DNA of 64,000 bases from Betaproteobacteria bacterium (GTDB taxonomy: Bacteria > Pseudomonadota > Gammaproteobacteria > Burkholderiales > SG8-39), in assembly GCA_947476535.1 (NCBI GenBank), contig CANJRC010000009.1:142-64141 (forward strand), given 5' to 3'. Below the pieces are notes generated by a model. The model did no database searches. It saw only the letters and a list, made by a program, of their open reading frames with translations, and was not told the origin of the DNA. The translations under genes and the position numbers were made by a program. This document shows positions 30,691 to 40,447 of this stretch, piece after piece. Each line of letters opens with the position of its first letter. The stretch's first letter is position 1.

Positions 30691-31125
30691 ATGAGCATGC
30701 TCGACGACCTCACGCTCCCGCAGTTGCAGGAGCGCGAGCTGCATTTGCTGCTTGAATGGGAGCAGCTGGTCGAACGCGGCCTGAAAATCCTCAATACCGA
30801 CCGGCCGGATGCGCTGCAAGCCCTGGCCGCTGACAAGGTGCGCCTGATTGCTCTTTGGCGTGAGCTGCGCGCTGCCTGTTATCGCCTTGGATCGGGCGCG
30901 CCGGTTTCCGCGCGCGACAAGGCACTACAACGCGAACTGCACACCGTGGCCGAGCGCGCCATGGCACTCAACAGTCGATACGAGAAGGCGCTGCGGGCGC
31001 GCGAACTGTTCATCGTCACCCGCCTGCAGGCGCTGTGCAGCGCCACCGGCCAGTTCGGAGTCTATTCCGGCGCCGGACAGCTCAACGCCGTCACCACATC
31101 GCGCAAGAACGCTTACCTCGCCTGA
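30691..31125 (+). CDS. flgN: FlgK/FlgL export chaperone FlgN
   Basis: 144-aa helical protein directly after flgM. Confidence 0.7.
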   Translation: MSMLDDLTLPQLQERELHLLLEWEQLVERGLKILNTDRPDALQALAADKVRLIALWRELRAACYRLGSGAPVSARDKALQRELHTVAERAMALNSRYEKALRARELFIVTRLQALCSATGQFGVYSGAGQLNAVTTSRKNAYLA

Positions 31126-31174
31126 GACAGCCTCCCTGGCGCCGAGAGGCCGCTGATTGGACGCTCGCTCCGTC

Positions 31175-31888
31175 CTAATGCTCGCGCATCTTCGAGCGCA
31201 GCCGCGAGATGGCCTGGCTGTGCAGCTGGCAGATGCGCGATTCGGTGACGCCGAGCACCTCGGCGATTTCGCGCAGGTTCAGATCCTGCTCGTAGTACAT
31301 CCCCATCACCAGTTTCTCCCGTTCCGGCAGCTGTCCCACGGCGCGTGACAGCGCCTGCTTGAAGCGCGCATCGGTGAGCATGCTCAGCGGGTCCGATGCG
31401 TCCGCCGGCATCTTGCGATCGAGATAGTCGCCGCCTCCCCCGTCGCCGGCCATGTCCTCGTAATGCACGATGCGGTGTCCCTGCACCTCCAGGAGCAGCG
31501 CCTGGTAATCCTCCAGCGTCAACTCAAGCTCCACTGCGATCTCGGTCTCGCGCGGGGCACGGCCAAGCCTGTGTTCGAGACGGGAAATCGCCGCATCCAC
31601 GCGCCGCTGCGATTTGCGAACGCCGCGAGGCAGCCAGTCGTTGTGCCGCAACTCATCGAGGATCGCGCCACGGATACGCTGCGAGGCGTAGGTCTCGAAT
31701 TGCACGCCCTGCTCTTCCTCATACCGGGCCGCGGCATCGAGCAGCCCCATCAGTCCGGCCTGCATGAGATCGCCGACCTGCACGCTGGCGGGAAGGCGCG
31801 CCATCATGTGGTGCGCAATGCGCTTGACCAGAGGCGAATACTTGTTGATGTAGTGCTGCTTGTCCAGCGTGCCAGTGGCGGTGTACAT
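31175..31888 (-). CDS. fliA: flagellar sigma factor FliA (sigma-28)
   Basis: 237 aa. Region 2 (ASQRIRGAILDELR), region 4 (LNLREIAEVLGVTESRICQLHSQA). Confidence 0.95.
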   Translation of the reverse strand: MYTATGTLDKQHYINKYSPLVKRIAHHMMARLPASVQVGDLMQAGLMGLLDAAARYEEEQGVQFETYASQRIRGAILDELRHNDWLPRGVRKSQRRVDAAISRLEHRLGRAPRETEIAVELELTLEDYQALLLEVQGHRIVHYEDMAGDGGGGDYLDRKMPADASDPLSMLTDARFKQALSRAVGQLPEREKLVMGMYYEQDLNLREIAEVLGVTESRICQLHSQAISRLRSKMREH

Positions 31889-31906
31889 GCGTGTTCTCCT
31901 TACTGC

Positions 31907-32782
31907 TTAATGAGCGGCGGCACGTGCCGGGCCATCGCCCGGCTGAGCGCTGCGGATCTCGAAACTGTTCCAATCGGGAATGCCCTGGGCAAGGCGCCGG
32001 TAAGCGCGGGCCGCCGGCGACTGCGGCGCGCTGCGCACAACCGACGCGAGCGCGCGCTCGGCACGCTGCAACTGCGGATCGCGCGGGACGCTGCCACCGT
32101 AGGTCAGGGTGGCGGACAGGAAGCGGCGCGCCACCCTGGCCATGTTCCGCGCAACAGCCTCCGGATCGCCGGCCTCATCCGCATCGCCCACCAGCACACG
32201 ATACCGCGCAGGGCCGCCGCGCCTGGAGAGCTGCTTGATGTGTGCATACGCACCCGTCACCGATGGCGCATCGCCGCTCACGACGAGCAACACTTCGCCC
32301 TCGCCTGCCGGCAGCAGGGCGCTGGCCAGAATCGGTTCGTCGATGTTGACGATGACCATGTCGGCCGGACGGTCCAGCTGGGCAAACGCGCCGAACAGCG
32401 CCTGCGCGTGGCCGCCCTGCCGCGCCAGCTCCGCCATGCCTCGCGCTCCCGAGAGCACGCGCACCCCGTCCTCGCTCTCCAATGCCACTTCGTGGAAGCG
32501 CTTCTGGCCCTCCATCAGGTGAATCAACTCGTAGCGCGGCTTGAGACCCATGGCGCACGCCACTTCGCCCTTCGACTGGTCCAGCACCACCACCGAGTGC
32601 CCTTCAAGCACGACGGCCGCGGCAAGATTGACGATGACGCGCGAGCGTTCCGCGCCGTCGCGCCCGCCCGCCACTGGCAGCACGCGCAGCGCCGCCGGTC
32701 GCAACAGACGGCGCAGCCCCGACGCCTGGTCTGCGAGTCGGGCGCGCTCAAGCACTGGCGACCTCCTTATCGTTGTCGGCAC
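31907..32782 (-). CDS. flhG: FlhG/FleN (MinD-family) homologue with a degenerate Walker A
   Basis: 291 aa. Has the FleN-like N-terminus DQASGLRR and matches FleN overall, but GGRDGAERS replaces GGKGGVGKT. Confidence 0.7.
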   Translation of the reverse strand: MPTTIRRSPVLERARLADQASGLRRLLRPAALRVLPVAGGRDGAERSRVIVNLAAAVVLEGHSVVVLDQSKGEVACAMGLKPRYELIHLMEGQKRFHEVALESEDGVRVLSGARGMAELARQGGHAQALFGAFAQLDRPADMVIVNIDEPILASALLPAGEGEVLLVVSGDAPSVTGAYAHIKQLSRRGGPARYRVLVGDADEAGDPEAVARNMARVARRFLSATLTYGGSVPRDPQLQRAERALASVVRSAPQSPAARAYRRLAQGIPDWNSFEIRSAQPGDGPARAAAH

Positions 32783-34127
32783 CGGCCCCCAGGGCCAGGC
32801 CGATCAGATCGCCCTCGCCCGGCACCGCTGCAACGCTTTTCATCGCGTGGTGCACGAGGTATTGCGCCTGGGCGGCATGAATGTCCTCGGGGACGCGCTG
32901 GCCGTTGGTGACGAAGTGCAACGGCAGTCGGCGGCGGATGGCGACATCCAGCACTCCGCCCAGCCTGACCGCTTCATCCATCTTGGTGATGATGGCGCCA
33001 CAGATATTGCCTGCCCCGTAGGCCCGCACCACGTCATCCAGCGTCTCGGTCTGCGCGGTGGCGTTGAGCAGCAGCAGGCGCTCGATGCCTGGAACCGACA
33101 GCAGCTCCTGCTGCTCGGGCATGCGACTGTCGCGCTGCCCCATGCCGATGGTATCGATGAGAATCAGGTGTTTTCCGGTCATTGCGGACACCGCGTGCTC
33201 GAGTTCGGCTGCATCCTGTGCCACGAACACCGGCACCCCCAGGATCTTGCCGTAGATGCGCAACTGGTCGTGCGCCCCCACCCTGTAGCTATCGGTGGTG
33301 ATCAGGCCCAGCCCCTTGGCGCCATGCTGCACCACGCAGCGGGCGGCGATCTTGGCTGCAGTGGTGGTTTTGCCGACACCGGTCGGCCCCACCAGCGCGT
33401 ACACGCCGCCTTGGGTCACCACGTCGGGCGCGGCGCGACAGGCGAGATTGCGCGCGAGAACGGCGTGCAACCACTGGCGCGCCTGGGGCTCCGAGTAGTC
33501 ATCCGGCAATTTTTCGGTAACCGCGCGCGCCAGCACGGTGCTGAAACCGGCGTTGATCAGTTCGCGTAGCATCACGCCGCGCAGTGGCCTGCGGCGCACC
33601 GACTCGCCCCAGGCCAACGTCGCCATTTGCTCCGCGATCAAGCTCTTCATGGTGCGCATCTCGGATAGCAGCTGGCGCGTCTCGGCGTCTGCGGAGGCCG
33701 CGAGCACCGGCTCCCCAGACGTGGCCGACACGCTGGAGCGATCCGGCCTGAGTTGGGAAAATGCATCGAGGCCTCGCGGCACGGGGGCACGCCCCCCCGC
33801 GAGGCTACCCGCGGGCGTGGCGGCTGCGGCCGAGCGCTCCACGTGCGCGCGTAGCGAAACGGGCTGGCCCTTTGACGCCGGCATCGCCGCCGCCATCGAC
33901 ATTGCGGGCACATGCGCGGGCGACGACGCGTGCGACGGCTCCAGCTGCACCTCTGCCACCTGCGGCGCGCCGATGAGCCCACTCATGTCATGCTGCGACA
34001 CGGCCAGTATCTCGACGCCCTCGCCCGCCGACTTGTTGGCGAGGATCACGGCGTCGGCGCCGAGTTCCTCACGTACCTGTTGCAATACTGAACGCGACGA
34101 TGCGCCGAAAAATCGTCTGACACTCAT
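32748..34127 (-). CDS. flhF: flagellar biosynthesis GTPase FlhF
   Basis: 459 aa with an SRP-type GTPase domain (GPTGVGKTTTAAKIAA, DTIGMGQRD). Confidence 0.9.
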   Translation of the reverse strand: MSVRRFFGASSRSVLQQVREELGADAVILANKSAGEGVEILAVSQHDMSGLIGAPQVAEVQLEPSHASSPAHVPAMSMAAAMPASKGQPVSLRAHVERSAAAATPAGSLAGGRAPVPRGLDAFSQLRPDRSSVSATSGEPVLAASADAETRQLLSEMRTMKSLIAEQMATLAWGESVRRRPLRGVMLRELINAGFSTVLARAVTEKLPDDYSEPQARQWLHAVLARNLACRAAPDVVTQGGVYALVGPTGVGKTTTAAKIAARCVVQHGAKGLGLITTDSYRVGAHDQLRIYGKILGVPVFVAQDAAELEHAVSAMTGKHLILIDTIGMGQRDSRMPEQQELLSVPGIERLLLLNATAQTETLDDVVRAYGAGNICGAIITKMDEAVRLGGVLDVAIRRRLPLHFVTNGQRVPEDIHAAQAQYLVHHAMKSVAAVPGEGDLIGLALGAGADNDKEVASA

Positions 34128-36217
34128 GCGGGGGCTCCTACGACAGACGTGACACGAATGGACCTGCTATCCGGGATCTCGGCATGCGCCAGCACGCGCA
34201 ATTGCGGCAGCGCGCGGCGCAGCAGGCGCGCCAGCGGCCAGCGCAGCGAGTCCGGGGCGAGCAGCACTGTCGGATGACCTTGCTCTTCCTGGCGCCTGGC
34301 TGCCAGTTGCGCCTCGCGTAGCAGCGTGTCAGCGATTCCCGGCTCGACTCCCATCGAAGGTCCGGCTGCCAGGGCCTGGGCCAGCAGTTTCTCCAACTCG
34401 GGCTCCAGGACCAGCACCGGCAGCTCCGCAACGCCACCGAAAATGCTCTGTACGATCGAGGCGCCCAGATCCTGGCGCACCCGCGCACTCAGTTCACTGG
34501 CGTCCTGCGTGCGCACGGCGAGGTCGGTCAGGCACTCGATGATGCTGCGCAGATCGCGGATCGGCACGCCCTCCTCCAGCAGGTTCTGCAGCACTTTTTG
34601 CAGCGTGGACAAGGGAATGAGCTTGGGCACCAGGTCCTCGGCCAACTTGCCCGACTGCGTTCCAAAGTGCTCGAGCAGGTTCTGTACTTCCTGGCGCCCG
34701 AGCAGCATCGCCGCGTGCCGGTGCATCAGCGTGCTCAGGTGCGTGGCGGCCACCGTCCCGGCATCGACCACGGTATGGCCGGAGACCTGCGCCTGGTTGC
34801 GAAATCCGGGTTCGATCCACACCGCGGGCAGGCCGAACGCCGGCTCCTTGGTCGGGGTGCCCGGCAAGGTCATGTTGACATTGCCCGGGTTGATGGCGAG
34901 GAACATACCCGGCACCGCTTCGCCCTCGCCAAGCGCCACGCCTTTCATGAGGATCCGGTAACCGTTGGGCTTGAGCTCCAGGTTGTCTCGGATGTGCACC
35001 ACGGGCGGCAGGAAGCCCAGGTCCTGCGCAAATTTCTTGCGAATGCCCTTGATTCGACGCAGCAGGTTGCCGTCCTGCGACTGATCCACCAGCGGAATCA
35101 ACCGGTACCCCACTTCCAGCGCGATCACATCGACCGGCAACACATCCTCCCAGCTGGCCTCTTGTGCCGCATCGGGAGGTCGCGCTTCCGGCGTCGCATC
35201 CGACTCGGGCGCGGGCGCCGCCGCACGACGGCGCATGTAGAAGCCCAGGGTGCTGCAGCCGGCACCGAACAGGATGAACGACAGGTGCGGCATGCCCGGA
35301 ATCATCCCGAGCACGCCCAGCACGCCGCCGGTGAGGAGGAGCGCCTGCGGCGTGGAAAACAGCTGCTTGAGCATCTGGTCGCCGATGTCCTGCTCGTCAC
35401 CGACGCGACTGACGATGAGGCCCGCGGCCATGGAGATGACCAATGCCGGGACCTGAGCCACCAGGCCGTCGCCGATGGCCAGCAGCACATAATTGGTGAC
35501 CGCCTGCGAGAACGCCAGATCGTGCTGCAGCATGCCGATGAGCAGACCGCCGACGATGTTCACCACCAGGATAAGAATGCCCGCCACGGCATCGCCGCGC
35601 ACGAATTTGCTGGCGCCGTCCATGGCACCGTAAAACTCGGCCTGCTGCCCCACCTCGGCACGCCGTTTGCGCGCCTCGGCCTCGCCGATAAGGCCGGCGT
35701 TCAGGTCGGCGTCGATCGCCATCTGCTTGCCCGGCATGGCATCCAGGGTGAAGCGCGCCGTCACCTCGGCAATGCGGCCTGCGCCCTTGGTAATCACCAC
35801 GAAGTTGATCACTACCAGGATGACGAACACCACCAGGCCCACCGCGAAATTGCCGCCAACCACAAAGTGCCCGAAGGCCTCGATCACCTTGCCTGCGGCG
35901 TCCGGCCCGGTATGGCCATGCAGCAGTACCACCCGCGCCGAGGCGACGTTGAGCGATAGGCGCATCAGCGTGCTCAGGAGGAGCACCGTCGGGAAGGAGG
36001 CGAAGTCCAGTGGCTTCACGGTATAGACGGCGGCCAGCAGCACCAGCATTGCGATGGCGATGTTGAAGGTAAACAGCACATCAAGCAGGATCGCCGGCAA
36101 GGGCAGCATCATCATGGCGAGGATCGACACCACGGTGATCGGGATTGCCATGCCGCGCCAGCTCATGCCGCGCGCCATCGGGGCTGCCGCTGTCGCCGAA
36201 ACGACGGGATCGCTCAT
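34124..36217 (-). CDS. flhA: flagellar export apparatus protein FlhA
   Basis: 697 aa. Transmembrane N-domain plus cytoplasmic domain, with typical FlhA sequence throughout. Confidence 0.95.
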   Translation of the reverse strand: MSDPVVSATAAAPMARGMSWRGMAIPITVVSILAMMMLPLPAILLDVLFTFNIAIAMLVLLAAVYTVKPLDFASFPTVLLLSTLMRLSLNVASARVVLLHGHTGPDAAGKVIEAFGHFVVGGNFAVGLVVFVILVVINFVVITKGAGRIAEVTARFTLDAMPGKQMAIDADLNAGLIGEAEARKRRAEVGQQAEFYGAMDGASKFVRGDAVAGILILVVNIVGGLLIGMLQHDLAFSQAVTNYVLLAIGDGLVAQVPALVISMAAGLIVSRVGDEQDIGDQMLKQLFSTPQALLLTGGVLGVLGMIPGMPHLSFILFGAGCSTLGFYMRRRAAAPAPESDATPEARPPDAAQEASWEDVLPVDVIALEVGYRLIPLVDQSQDGNLLRRIKGIRKKFAQDLGFLPPVVHIRDNLELKPNGYRILMKGVALGEGEAVPGMFLAINPGNVNMTLPGTPTKEPAFGLPAVWIEPGFRNQAQVSGHTVVDAGTVAATHLSTLMHRHAAMLLGRQEVQNLLEHFGTQSGKLAEDLVPKLIPLSTLQKVLQNLLEEGVPIRDLRSIIECLTDLAVRTQDASELSARVRQDLGASIVQSIFGGVAELPVLVLEPELEKLLAQALAAGPSMGVEPGIADTLLREAQLAARRQEEQGHPTVLLAPDSLRWPLARLLRRALPQLRVLAHAEIPDSRSIRVTSVVGAPA

Positions 36218-37350
36218 TGCATGACCTCACCGGGATCGAGTTCCGGCGGCACCTCAAGGCCCTGCGGCCGCGGCGGCTCGCTGGCGTCCGACCGATTCTT
36301 GAGCTGGAACACCCACACCAGCACCTGGGCCACTGCCCCATACAACGCGGCCGGGACCTCCTCGCCGATGTCGGCATGACGATGCAGCGCACGCGCCAAT
36401 GGTGGCGCCTCGAGCCGCGGCACGCCGTGCTGCGCGGCAATTTCGCGAATGCGCAGTGCCACCGGGCCGCTGCCCTTGGCGACAACGATGGGTGCGCGCA
36501 TGCGATCCTCGCGGTATAGCAAGGCCACGGCGAAATGCGTCGGGTTGGTGACCACCACATCGGCCTTGGGCACTTGGGACATCATGCGGCGACGGGCCAT
36601 TTCCCGCTGACGACTGCGCACGCGCGACCGGATCTGCGGATCGCCCTCGGACTCGCGTGCCTCCTCCTTCATTTCCTCGCGCGTCATGCGCAGCCCGGAG
36701 TAGTGGCGCCACAATTGCAGCGGAACGTCGGCCGCAGCCAGCAGCGCCATGCTGCCAACCAGGGTAAGAAAGGCCACCAGCAGCATATGGCTTGCCGCCG
36801 CCATGCCGGCGCGCGCCTCGTTGGTGCCAAGTTGCGCTGCCTGCGGCGCGAAATGCCACAACAGCCAGGCCAGCACGCTGGTAAGCAGCACCGCCTTGGC
36901 CACCGCCTTGCCGAGTTCCGCCAGGCCTTGCATGGAAACGATGCGGCCCATGCCGCTGATGGGATTGAATCGATTCGCGTCAAAGCGCATGGCGTGCAGC
37001 GAAAACACCCAACCCCCGAGCACCAGCGGCGCCACCAGCGCCGCCAGCACCAGTACGCCCAGCAGCGGCAAGGACATCAGCAGGCCTTCCATGGACAACG
37101 CCGACATGCGCTGCAGCATCGCCACAGGATCAAAGGCATCTCGTGGATTGATTCGCAGGCCGGCGCGCAGGAATACTTGCATTCGCTCGGTCATATGATC
37201 ACCGAACCACCACAGGGCCATGCCCGCGCTCCCGAGGACGACCGTGGTGGCCAGTTCCGGCGAGCGCACCGCCTTGCCCTCTTCGCGCGCTTTCTCCAGG
37301 CGACGCGCACTGGCTGGCAGCGATCGTTCTTGGGCGGAGTCTTCTGACAT
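36214..37350 (-). CDS. flhB: flagellar export switch protein FlhB
   Basis: 378 aa with the autocleavage motif VVVTNPTHFAVAL. Confidence 0.95.
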   Translation of the reverse strand: MSEDSAQERSLPASARRLEKAREEGKAVRSPELATTVVLGSAGMALWWFGDHMTERMQVFLRAGLRINPRDAFDPVAMLQRMSALSMEGLLMSLPLLGVLVLAALVAPLVLGGWVFSLHAMRFDANRFNPISGMGRIVSMQGLAELGKAVAKAVLLTSVLAWLLWHFAPQAAQLGTNEARAGMAAASHMLLVAFLTLVGSMALLAAADVPLQLWRHYSGLRMTREEMKEEARESEGDPQIRSRVRSRQREMARRRMMSQVPKADVVVTNPTHFAVALLYREDRMRAPIVVAKGSGPVALRIREIAAQHGVPRLEAPPLARALHRHADIGEEVPAALYGAVAQVLVWVFQLKNRSDASEPPRPQGLEVPPELDPGEVMQ

Positions 37351-37920
37351 GGCGTCCTGGCCCCGGTGCTATGACCGGAAAACAACGGTCAACATTGGCA
37401 TTCCCTTTGCGCCCGGGACTCCCCCTGGAGGCGCCAGTCAACACGAACTGTCCATGCATATGCTTCATTCATTTGTTCGCTCTCGCGCACACCTGCCGCA
37501 TCAGGATCGGGTTCGCTTCGTCGGTCTCAGGTGTCGTACTTTAGTCACCCGGGGACGCCGGCATTCATCCGAACAGAGCGACATTCCCCGCCCTAATCGT
37601 GACTCACCAGGCAGGAACCGAAGGCCGAGTGGAGCGGACAGCGCCTTTGGCACCTGCCGCAACGAAGCCGGGACATAGCCGACTTTCCAGTCTCAATTCG
37701 CGGCAGCTTTCACGCCCAATGCCAATTGGCATCCGGTGTCTGGTGGAGGCGATATGACGCAACAGCGCGATATGGCGAGATTCGGAGTTCACTCAGGCAT
37801 GACTGCGAAAGTGCCCTGCCGACGCAGTGCGAGCTCCAATAGCAGCATCGATCCCGGGCAGCAGTGCAGTCCGGACGCCCCCCCCTGCTGCTGCGCGAGC
37901 GCACCACACCGACGGCGGCA

Positions 37921-38013
37921 CTGCGCCAGGCGGTGGGAACGCTGGCTGGCTGCATCGCGCACGATTTCAACAACATCCTGACCATCATCCTGGGCAACGT
38001 CGACGCCATCGGT
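37921..38013 (+). pseudogene. orphan histidine-kinase H-box (HisKA) remnant
   Basis: Translates to LRQAVGTLAGCIAHDFNNILTIILGNVDAIG, compared with GTLAGGIAHDFNNALATILGNLELA in the 8781 kinase. There is no sensor domain upstream and no ATPase domain downstream. Confidence 0.55.
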
Positions 38014-38365
38014 CGCACCGGCACCGCTCATCCCAGCAATCACGCCAAGCCGCATGTCCGCTGCCTGCGTGATGACCTAAGCAGCATCCCCCCGCTACGG
38101 CTGCAACAGCCACAACCCGTCCTGCCAAGCCCTCGACACATGCACGCGGCATGAGCGCCCTCCCAGGAACCACCAACGTGATCCACAGGAACAAGCCTCT
38201 TAGAAGCTACGCCAGTGTCACCCGCCGGATCCAGCCGCACCCAGTCTTGTAGGGAGCTCCCCTACATCCGCACCGGCGTTGATAACAGCCTGGCTCAGGG
38301 AAAAACGTCTCCAAGATCTGTGAGGGCACAGCTCTGTAGCCGCGCCCTCCATTGCAACATGAACA

Positions 38366-39043
38366 CTAAAAACCGAGACTCTCCAGAAGGTCGTCGACCT
38401 GGGCCTGACTGGTCACCACATCGTCGCGCCCGGTCGCATCGACCACCGGGCCATCCAGACCGGGTTGCTCGACCAAGCGCGCGCGCTGTTCAGGTGGCGT
38501 CGCCTCCAGCAACAGGTGAAGCAGTTGTTCCTCAAGACTCTGCGCCAGCGCGACCACCTTGTTGAGCACCTGCCCGGTCAAGTCGTGAAAATCCTGCGCC
38601 AGGATGATGTCGGTCAGGAGCTCGTTGCTCTTGGCCGCGTCCTGTTGCACCCCGACGAGAAACTCACGCGTGCGCTGCACCGTCGCCTCGCCCGCCCCGC
38701 CGGCATCCCATTGCGCCAGCAACGCGCTGGCGCCACTTTCGATGCGAGACTGCACTTCCTTGCCACTTTCTGCCGCCGACAGCACGCGCTCGGCCGCCTG
38801 CCCGGTCAGCGTGGCGATATAGCCCAGCCGGGCACGCGCATCCGGCAGCGCGGACACTGCATTCTCGACAGCATGGTCATAGCCCAGTTCGCGCAGAGCG
38901 TCGTGCAGTTTGCGGGTCAGCTCACCCACGCGCTGGAATACGTCGTACGAACTGATTTCCGATGGCGTCTCCTCCGCGGTGATCGGAATGGGAATTGAAC
39001 GTGACTCGGAGCGCGCGATATGCTCAGACATGATGGCGTTCAT
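38366..39043 (-). CDS. cheZ: CheY-P phosphatase CheZ
   Basis: 225 aa. Catalytic block AQDFHDLTGQVLNKV and C-terminal CheY-binding peptide VDDLLESLGF. Confidence 0.9.
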   Translation of the reverse strand: MNAIMSEHIARSESRSIPIPITAEETPSEISSYDVFQRVGELTRKLHDALRELGYDHAVENAVSALPDARARLGYIATLTGQAAERVLSAAESGKEVQSRIESGASALLAQWDAGGAGEATVQRTREFLVGVQQDAAKSNELLTDIILAQDFHDLTGQVLNKVVALAQSLEEQLLHLLLEATPPEQRARLVEQPGLDGPVVDATGRDDVVTSQAQVDDLLESLGF

Positions 39044-39052
39044 GGCGCCCCC

Positions 39053-39442
39053 TTACTTTTTCAACTTCTCGAGGATTTTTCCCAGCTTCTCCTCGAGAGT
39101 TGCTTTGGTGAAGGGCTTGACGATATACCCGCTCGCGCCCGCCTGCGCCGCCGTCATGATGTCTTCCTTCTTCGCTTCGGCAGTCACCATCAGAACCGGC
39201 AGCTCCTTGAGCCCGGGCTCGGCGCGGATCGACTTGAGCAATTCAAAGCCGTTCATGTTGGGCATATTGATGTCACTCACCACGAAGTCGAACCCGCCCG
39301 CCTTGAGCTTTTGCATCGCCGCCACGCCGTCCTCCGCCTCGTCGGCATTGCCGTAACCGATCTCCTTAAGCAGGTTGCGGACAATGCGCCGCATTGTGGC
39401 GAAGTCATCGACGACGAGGAATTTCATTTCAGCAGTACTCAT
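39053..39442 (-). CDS. cheY: chemotaxis response regulator CheY
   Basis: 129 aa. Has [31 protein letters not shown] and YIVKPFT. Confidence 0.95.
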   Translation of the reverse strand: MSTAEMKFLVVDDFATMRRIVRNLLKEIGYGNADEAEDGVAAMQKLKAGGFDFVVSDINMPNMNGFELLKSIRAEPGLKELPVLMVTAEAKKEDIMTAAQAGASGYIVKPFTKATLEEKLGKILEKLKK

Positions 39443-39505
39443 GCTTACCTCCTGTTGGATTCAAGTTCACGTGCCGGGCATACCCGTAACTCACGATACC
39501 GGGCC

Positions 39506-40438
39506 TTACTGCGTTCGCACTGCTGGCCTTGCGTCCTGCACCGCAGCCACCAGTCTTTCCACCTTGCCGTCATTCAGCAGCAGATCCTCTGCCTGCGTGT
39601 TGAGAACCAGGATGCTGATGCGACGGTTGGTTGCGCCAAACGGATCCACCGTGTCGAACGGCACCGATGAGGCAAGCCCCACCACCCGCACGATCTTGCG
39701 CTCTTCCATTCCCCCAAGGATCAATTCGCGGCGCGACGCATTGGCTCGGCCCGCCGAAAGCTCCCAGTTGCTGTATCCGCGCTCGCCGGACGAGTACGGC
39801 GCCGCATCCGTATGCCCGGCCAGGGAAATCTTGTAATCCACTTCGTTCAGCACCTTGCCCAGAGCGCGGAGGATTTCCCGTGTGTAATCCTTGAGCAGGG
39901 ATCGTCCGATATCGAACATGGGCCGCTTGCGCTCGTCGACAATCTGAACGCGCAGGCCCTCGGTGGTGATATCCATCTTGATTTGCTCTCGGAACTGGCG
40001 CAGATTCTCCTGCGCATCGAGGAGCTCACTCACCTTTTGCTGTAGCGCCCGCAGGCGGATGTTGTCCTGGCGCTCGAGTGCGGCCCTCGCTGCCTGCAGG
40101 CTGATCTTGCGCTTCTCGGCAGGACTCTCGCCATTGCGAACCTGGCCAAAACTGCGCGACAGGTCAGTCCCGCCACCCTTGATGATCGAAGAACTGTCGC
40201 CGCTGCCCGAGCCACCGCCGAACGAGACTTTCATTGGAGTCTTGAAGTAGTCCGCGATGCCCTGCAGCTCTCCCTTTGTCGTCGAGCCTAGCAGCCACAT
40301 CAGCAGGAAGAACGCCATCATCGCCGTGACGAAATCCGCGTAAGCGATCTTCCAGGCCCCCCCATGGTGACCATGCGCCGCCTTCTTGTAGCGCTTGATG
40401 ACGATGTTGGGCTTGTCTGTTTTTGCGCCGCCTGCCAT
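39506..40438 (-). CDS. motB: flagellar stator protein MotB
   Basis: 310 aa. N-terminal transmembrane segment with WKIAYADFVTAMMAFF and a C-terminal OmpA-like domain (GHTDA...NWELSAGRA...NRRISI). Confidence 0.95.
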   Translation of the reverse strand: MAGGAKTDKPNIVIKRYKKAAHGHHGGAWKIAYADFVTAMMAFFLLMWLLGSTTKGELQGIADYFKTPMKVSFGGGSGSGDSSSIIKGGGTDLSRSFGQVRNGESPAEKRKISLQAARAALERQDNIRLRALQQKVSELLDAQENLRQFREQIKMDITTEGLRVQIVDERKRPMFDIGRSLLKDYTREILRALGKVLNEVDYKISLAGHTDAAPYSSGERGYSNWELSAGRANASRRELILGGMEERKIVRVVGLASSVPFDTVDPFGATNRRISILVLNTQAEDLLLNDGKVERLVAAVQDARPAVRTQ

Positions 40439-40447
40439 GGTTTTCCC

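Noticed and set aside
35684-35691. Perfect GCCGATAA box inside flhA on the plus (antisense) strand
   Set aside because: It has no -35 partner and lies within a coding region. The occurrence is compatible with chance in a window this size.
37648-37662. TGGCAC...GC, resembling a sigma-54 -24/-12 promoter
   Set aside because: The GG-to-GC spacing is two nucleotides short of the canonical arrangement (TGGCAC-N5-TTGC), and no gene lies downstream on that strand.
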